Shown in pieces: positions 9,166 through 13,543 of a stretch of DNA of 13,543 bases. The position numbers were made by a program, and so were the translations under genes. Numbering within the stretch: the stretch's first letter is position 1; each line of letters starts with the position of its first letter. The notes beneath the pieces are model-generated. The model was not told where the DNA came from and searched no databases. It saw nothing but the letters and a program-made list of their open reading frames with translations. Source of the stretch: Rhodothermales bacterium (lineage in GTDB: Bacteria; Bacteroidota; Rhodothermia; Rhodothermales; VXPQ01); NCBI GenBank assembly GCA_040904565.1, contig JBBDTI010000076.1, positions 7,028 to 20,570 on the forward strand. Direction: 5' to 3'.

Positions 9166-9531
9166 TCAGGCTTCCACCCGTTCCACCTCGTCGACCGTCG
9201 CGACGACCACCGTAAGGTGGCACGTTCGCTTCTGGATCGGCTTGGCCCGCCCTCGGGCGGCCGGTCGGAACCGCTTAAAGCGCGGCCCGTCGTCGGCCCG
9301 AATCTCCTTCACGACCAGCCCGCCCTCGTCGAAACGCTCGTCCGGATTTTTATCCATCAGATTGTAGACGGCCGACTGAATCGTCAGCTCTACCGGACGC
9401 GTCGCGTTATGCGGCTGGTAATGCAAGATGTTCAACGCTTCCGCCACGGACTTGCCGCGGACGAGGTTGATAACCGGACGCATCTTGCGAGGCGACGTTC
9501 TAATATGCTTGCGAATAGCGCGTGCCTTCAT
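9166..9531 (-). CDS. rplV: 50S ribosomal protein L22
   Basis: SPRKMR, GPRFKRFRPAARGRA and KRTCHLTV motifs. Confidence 0.98.
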   Translation of the reverse strand: MKARAIRKHIRTSPRKMRPVINLVRGKSVAEALNILHYQPHNATRPVELTIQSAVYNLMDKNPDERFDEGGLVVKEIRADDGPRFKRFRPAARGRAKPIQKRTCHLTVVVATVDEVERVEA

Positions 9532-9616
9532 ATCCTTCTAAGGCCGTCGCGATACATCGCGCAGATCTGCACGATTTCTCTTCCGGCCACGTTTATTGCT
9601 TCTCAGTAATCTTCGG

Positions 9617-9904
9617 TTATCGTTTCATTCGCTTGTCGGCGCTTCCTCGACCGGAGTGCCCCCGGAAGGTCCGCGACGGCGCAAACTCACCCAGCTTGTG
9701 GCCGACCATGTTCTCGGTGATGTACACCGGGATAAATTGCTTCCCGTTGTGCACGGCAAAGGTATGGCCGACAAAATCGGGCGTAATCATAGAGGCCCGA
9801 CTCCAGGTCTTGACGACCTTCTTCGAGTTACTCTTGTTCAGTGCGTCGACCTTGCGCTGCAGTTTGTAATAGACGTAAGGTCCTTTGCGTAACGACCGTG
9901 CCAT
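9617..9904 (-). CDS. rpsS: 30S ribosomal protein S19
   Basis: [22 protein letters not shown] and [11 protein letters not shown] motifs. Confidence 0.99.
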   Translation of the reverse strand: MARSLRKGPYVYYKLQRKVDALNKSNSKKVVKTWSRASMITPDFVGHTFAVHNGKQFIPVYITENMVGHKLGEFAPSRTFRGHSGRGSADKRMKR

Positions 9905-9940
9905 GCTTACTCGGTTTAGCTCTGTGTCAAGAACCGCTGC

Positions 9941-10771
9941 CTACTTTTTCTTCTTGCGGCGGCGGATGATGTACTTGTTGGACTGTTTTTTCTTCTTTCG
10001 CGTCTTGTATCCCTTCGCGGAGACGCCGGTCGGTGACCGCGGATGCCCGCCGGACGCCTTGCCCTCGCCGCCACCCATGGGATGGTCGACCGGATTCATG
10101 GCCACGCCGCGCGTCTTGGGACGTACGCCGAGCCAGCGGTTTCGGCCGGCTTTGCCGAGATCGACATTCATGTGATCCGGATTGCTCGTCGTGCCGATCG
10201 TCGCCATACACGCGTTCTCGATCAGGCGCGTCTCGCCCGAGGGTAATTTCAATGTGGCGTACTTGCCTTCCCGAGCCGTCAGCTGCGCGTACGTACCGGC
10301 CGAGCGCGCGATCTGCGCGCCCTTCCCGGGCCGCATCTCGATCGCATGGACGAACGAACCGATCGGAATCTTGCCCAGCGGCAGGCAGTTGCCCGGATCG
10401 GGCGGCGCATCCGGACCGTTTTCGATCGTCGAACCTACCTTGACCTCGTCCGGCGCGATGATATAGCGCTTCTCCCCGTCCGCGTAGACGAGCAGCGCGA
10501 TACGCGCGGATCGATTCGGATCGTACTCGATGGTAGCAACACGTGCCGGCACGCCAATCTTCCGGCGCTTGAAATCGATAATGCGATAGCGACGCTTGTG
10601 GCCGCCGCCCTGATGGCGAGTGGTGATTCGACCGTTATTATTGCGGCCGCCCTTCTTCGTCAACGGCGCCAGGAGACTCTTCTCCGGCTTCGCCACCGTC
10701 ACGTCCTCGAACGAGTCGACGGTGTACTGCCTCCGGGCGTTTGACGTCGGCTTTACTTTTTTTATAGGCAT
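9941..10771 (-). CDS. rplB: 50S ribosomal protein L2
   Basis: [23 protein letters not shown] and [17 protein letters not shown] motifs. Confidence 0.99.
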   Translation of the reverse strand: MPIKKVKPTSNARRQYTVDSFEDVTVAKPEKSLLAPLTKKGGRNNNGRITTRHQGGGHKRRYRIIDFKRRKIGVPARVATIEYDPNRSARIALLVYADGEKRYIIAPDEVKVGSTIENGPDAPPDPGNCLPLGKIPIGSFVHAIEMRPGKGAQIARSAGTYAQLTAREGKYATLKLPSGETRLIENACMATIGTTSNPDHMNVDLGKAGRNRWLGVRPKTRGVAMNPVDHPMGGGEGKASGGHPRSPTGVSAKGYKTRKKKKQSNKYIIRRRKKKK

Positions 10772-10855
10772 CGTTCTATCTCTCTGGCGTCGTCGCTAAG
10801 TCCGGTCGTCCCTGATTCCAATGATCGAAGAGCGTGCTACGCGCTTCGATTCTCG

Positions 10856-11155
10856 TTATACCTGTTCGAAGAAGTCGATCGGCTCGGAGTCTTCCGTCAG
10901 CGTCACGATGGCGCGCTTGTGGTAGGCCGTCCGGCCCGACACCGTTCCGCGCCGGGTCTGCTGACTGCGACGCTTCCCCCGTACGATGAGGGTGCGCACG
11001 CTCTTAATCCGTGCGGTCGGATACCGATCCTTGACGGCCTTCTTGATTTCCACCTTATTGGCATCCATCCGGACCTCGAAGGTGTAGTGTCCTTCCTCCA
11101 TCAGCCTCGTCAACTTCTCGGTAACGAGCGGCTGGATCAGTACGTTGTTGCTCAT
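10856..11155 (-). CDS. rplW: 50S ribosomal protein L23
   Basis: LIQPLVTEK, ANKVEIKKAV and KRAIVTL motifs. Start at the ATG at 11155, with AAGGAG 5 nt upstream. Confidence 0.96.
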   Translation of the reverse strand: MSNNVLIQPLVTEKLTRLMEEGHYTFEVRMDANKVEIKKAVKDRYPTARIKSVRTLIVRGKRRSQQTRRGTVSGRTAYHKRAIVTLTEDSEPIDFFEQV

Positions 11156-11192
11156 TGGGTCTCCTTCGTCGATCTCAATTCGTGATCCGGGT

Positions 11193-11840
11193 TCAAGCCT
11201 CGGCCGTCTCCTTCGTTCCAAGCAGCTCTGCAAGCGTCGCGACGGCCTTCTCTTCCATAACCACAACGTCCGCCTTCAGAATGTCGAGCGTCGAGACGCG
11301 CTGCGCCTCCTTAACGTCCACCTTCTTTAGGTTTCGGCTCGACTGATACAGGTCCGGTCGATATTCGCTCGTCAGGATGAGAACCTTTTCCTCGGTAACC
11401 CCCAGCCCCGCCACCAGCGCGACGAGCTCCTTCGTGCTAACCCGCTCGAAGTCCAGCTCGTCCACCACCCGAAACGCCTCCTTCTGCGCCTTATAGGCGA
11501 AGGCGGAGCGACGTGCCAGCCGGCGCGTCTTCTTATTCACCTTGAATCCGTAGTCGCGCGGACGCGGACCAAAGGTGGTACCGCCGCTGCGACGGATCGG
11601 CGACTTGGCGTCACCCGCCCGAGACATGCCCGTACCTTTCTGGCGGTACAGCTTGCGCCGGCTGCCGCGCACTTCGTTGCGTTCCTTCGCTTTGTGGGTC
11701 CCCTGACGGGCGTTCGCCTGAATGCGCCGGACGTCCAGCCAAATGACATGGTCATTGGGCTCGACCTCAAACACCGAGGCGTCGAGCGTCACCTTGCGCT
11801 TCGTCGCGCTTCCGTCAGAACCGAAGACCTTGACTTCCAT
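11193..11840 (-). CDS. rplD: 50S ribosomal protein L4
   Basis: [14 protein letters not shown] and [12 protein letters not shown] motifs. Start moved to the ATG at 11840 (MEVKVFG). Confidence 0.97.
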   Translation of the reverse strand: MEVKVFGSDGSATKRKVTLDASVFEVEPNDHVIWLDVRRIQANARQGTHKAKERNEVRGSRRKLYRQKGTGMSRAGDAKSPIRRSGGTTFGPRPRDYGFKVNKKTRRLARRSAFAYKAQKEAFRVVDELDFERVSTKELVALVAGLGVTEEKVLILTSEYRPDLYQSSRNLKKVDVKEAQRVSTLDILKADVVVMEEKAVATLAELLGTKETAEA

Positions 11841-11922
11841 GATGTACCTAAACGTTTCTTTCGTGCGCATCCCGGCAAAACGGGAGCGTGCAGTGTGTAC
11901 GGTGGCCGTGCGGCGCGAAGAA

Positions 11923-12558
11923 CTATTTCTTCTTGTGGATGGTGACGAAACCGCCTTTCGGACCGGGTATCGCACCCTTGACCAATACGGCGTTCTGGTC
12001 GTCGAGCACGCGGACGATCGCAAGATTGCGGATCGTAGTCCGCGCGTTCCCCATGCGGCCGCCCATCCGCATGCCCGGGAAGACCCGCGACGGATCGGAG
12101 GAGGCACCGATGGAGCCCGGTGCCCGCTCCCGATTGTGCTGACCGTGCGTGCGGCCGCCCACGCCGCTGAAGTTGTGGCGGCGAACGACGCCCTGGAATC
12201 CTTTCCCCTTCGACGTGCCGACGACGTGGACGATGTCGCCTTCTTCGAAGACGTCTACCGCCCTGAGTTCGTCTCCGAGCGTGACCTCGTCGACGTCGAA
12301 ATCGCGCCGGAATTCCACGATTTTCTTTTTCGGCGTCGTGCCCGCCCGGTCGAAATGACCGTGCGCGGCGCTCGTCACGTGCTTCTCCTTCTTCTCACCG
12401 GTGGCGAGCTGAACGGCGTCGTAGCCGTCAGCGCCATCGGCCGACTTAACCTGGGTCACCACGTTCGGCGTGACTTCGACGACGGTACAGGGGATGTTAT
12501 TCCCCGCGTCGTCGAAGACGCTCGTCATTCCGACCTTCTTTCCTATCAATCCACTCAT
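11923..12558 (-). CDS. rplC: 50S ribosomal protein L3
   Basis: [30 protein letters not shown] and VKGAIPG motifs. Confidence 0.99.
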   Translation of the reverse strand: MSGLIGKKVGMTSVFDDAGNNIPCTVVEVTPNVVTQVKSADGADGYDAVQLATGEKKEKHVTSAAHGHFDRAGTTPKKKIVEFRRDFDVDEVTLGDELRAVDVFEEGDIVHVVGTSKGKGFQGVVRRHNFSGVGGRTHGQHNRERAPGSIGASSDPSRVFPGMRMGGRMGNARTTIRNLAIVRVLDDQNAVLVKGAIPGPKGGFVTIHKKK

Positions 12559-12625
12559 TGGAATCGTCTTAAGACTGCTTGATGGAGGCGTCCGGCGGCG
12601 CGCCTCCGGGCATACGGTGCGTCAG

Positions 12626-13081
12626 CTACTTTTCGATGGTAAGGGTAACCGTCCCCTGGTAGATGTCCGTGCCGAACAGACCGTTCACGAAGGCCGCGTT
12701 GGCCGACAGATCCACGCTCGTATCGGTTTGGAACTCATAGCTGAACGGAATATTCTGACCGCTCGGCGGGGAAAGCACGAGCGACTTCGCTCCTTCGTCC
12801 ACCGTGTAGGTACCCGGGATCGTCGTCGGATCGTTGCCGCTTGCGGGCTTATAATCCACGAAAATGGAAAACTCACCGCTCGCGGTCAGCGTCGCCGTCA
12901 ATCCGTTGGCGATCTGACCGAAGAACGGCATGCGGTCTCCCTCTCCATCCTCGAACGCCGTCATGGTCCACGTGCCGACAAACAATTCAGCGTCGGACGT
13001 TTCGTCGTCGGTACCGGAGTCGCACCCGATCGCCACGAGGGCTACCGCCAGTGCGAGACAACATGCAGAAAGCTTACGCAT
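12626..13081 (-). CDS. Hypothetical lipoprotein, probably a lipocalin-like beta-barrel
   Basis: 151 aa. Signal peptide II (MRK, hydrophobic core, lipobox AIG-C20), then an acidic patch DSGTDDE. Lipocalin-like LFVGTW and GTYTV motifs; beta-strand-rich. AGAGGAG ribosome-binding site 5 nt before the ATG. Fills the rpsJ-rplC gap on the same strand. Confidence 0.85.
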   Translation of the reverse strand: MRKLSACCLALAVALVAIGCDSGTDDETSDAELFVGTWTMTAFEDGEGDRMPFFGQIANGLTATLTASGEFSIFVDYKPASGNDPTTIPGTYTVDEGAKSLVLSPPSGQNIPFSYEFQTDTSVDLSANAAFVNGLFGTDIYQGTVTLTIEK

Positions 13082-13086
13082 TTTCG

Positions 13087-13093
13087 CTCCTCT
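13087..13093 (-). promoter_or_regulatory. Shine-Dalgarno site (AGAGGAG) of the inserted lipoprotein gene
   Basis: Minus strand reads TGA-CCCAACCTA-AGAGGAG-CGAAA-ATG. Confidence 0.75.
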
Positions 13094-13102
13094 TAGGTTG
13101 GG

Positions 13103-13414
13103 TCAAACCTTAATTTCTACGTCCACGCCGCTGGGCAGCTCGAGCTTCATGAGCGCGTCGACCGTCTTGCTGCTCGTCGACAAAATGTCGATCAGGCGCT
13201 TGTGACTCCGCGTCTCAAACTGCTCCCGGCTTTTCTTGTCGACGTGCGGGCCTCGCAGCACCGTATAGATCGACTTTTTCGTCGGGAGCGGGATAGGCCC
13301 GCTCACTACGGCACCGGTCGACTTCACGGTCCGGAGAATCTTCTCCGCACTTTTGTCGATCAGCCGATGGTCGTATGACTTCAGCTTGATTCGTATTTTT
13401 TGACTTACGGCCAT
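13103..13414 (-). CDS. rpsJ: 30S ribosomal protein S10
   Basis: [18 protein letters not shown] and [12 protein letters not shown] motifs. Confidence 0.99.
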   Translation of the reverse strand: MAVSQKIRIKLKSYDHRLIDKSAEKILRTVKSTGAVVSGPIPLPTKKSIYTVLRGPHVDKKSREQFETRSHKRLIDILSTSSKTVDALMKLELPSGVDVEIKV

Positions 13415-13510
13415 AACGTCGCTTCGCTCCTTCAGTTGGACGGTTGAGGGTGGCGGCTTCCCGGCAGCAAGGCGTTTCCCCTTGCGGACCGTCAGCCGAC
13501 AACCCTATGA
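13415..13510. repeat. Heptamer-based inverted-repeat spacer element (tuf-rpsJ)
   Basis: Left arm CAGTTGGA-CGGTTGA-GGGTGGC (13433-13454). Right arm ACCGTCA-GCCGACA-ACCC (13488-13505). Perfect inner stem GCAAGG (13467-13472) / CCTTGC (13480-13485). Confidence 0.7.
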
Positions 13511-13543
13511 TCAATCTAGAATCTTCGTGACCACGCCGGCGCC
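13511..13543 (-). CDS. tuf: Elongation factor Tu, C-terminal end (partial)
   Basis: Minus strand translates as GAGVVTKILD-stop, the typical EF-Tu C-terminus; canonical position upstream of rpsJ. Confidence 0.9.
   Translation of the reverse strand, partial: GAGVVTKILD

Noticed and set aside
2928-11266. N-terminal extensions of L30, L24 and L23 in the ORF track
   Set aside because: They translate spacer repeats (PSTVNR/PTTVNR) or the end of rplD. The internal ATGs give normal protein lengths.
11610-11650. L4 loop variant QKGTGMSR as a macrolide-resistance allele
   Set aside because: The key QKGTG residues are intact, and the following positions vary naturally between taxa.
11841-12107. Open rplD frame extending into rplC, suggesting an L3-L4 frameshift fusion or extended L4
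   Set aside because: The extension is R/S/A-rich off-frame sequence, L4 homology starts at the ATG at 11840, and there is no convincing slippery site.
157-13205. Long plus-strand ORFs (e.g. 451-1077, 3146-3751, 11722-12582, 12470-13096)
   Set aside because: They are antisense shadows of conserved genes in GC-rich DNA, with no recognisable motifs.

Overview
The window is a GC-rich bacterial ribosomal-protein superoperon, entirely on the minus strand. In transcription order it reads: 3' end of tuf, rpsJ, an inserted lipocalin-like lipoprotein gene, rplC, rplD, rplW, rplB, rpsS, rplV, rpsC, rplP, rpmC, rpsQ, rplN, rplX, rplE, rpsN, rpsH, rplF, rplR, rpsE, rpmD, rplO, secY, map. Protein motifs, the secY-map order without adk, the 89-aa S14 and a 'GCDS' lipobox suggest an FCB-group organism, probably Rhodothermales-like (inference). 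Four things go beyond the housekeeping genes. (1) A non-ribosomal lipoprotein gene sits between rpsJ and rplC. (2) A family of heptamer-repeat inverted-repeat elements, (CGGTYGA)n...(TCRACCG)n, fills four or five intergenic spacers almost from stop codon to start codon. (3) No genes overlap, and most spacers are long and predicted to be structured. (4) A 13-bp tandem repeat bracketed by an 8-bp direct repeat lies downstream of map.
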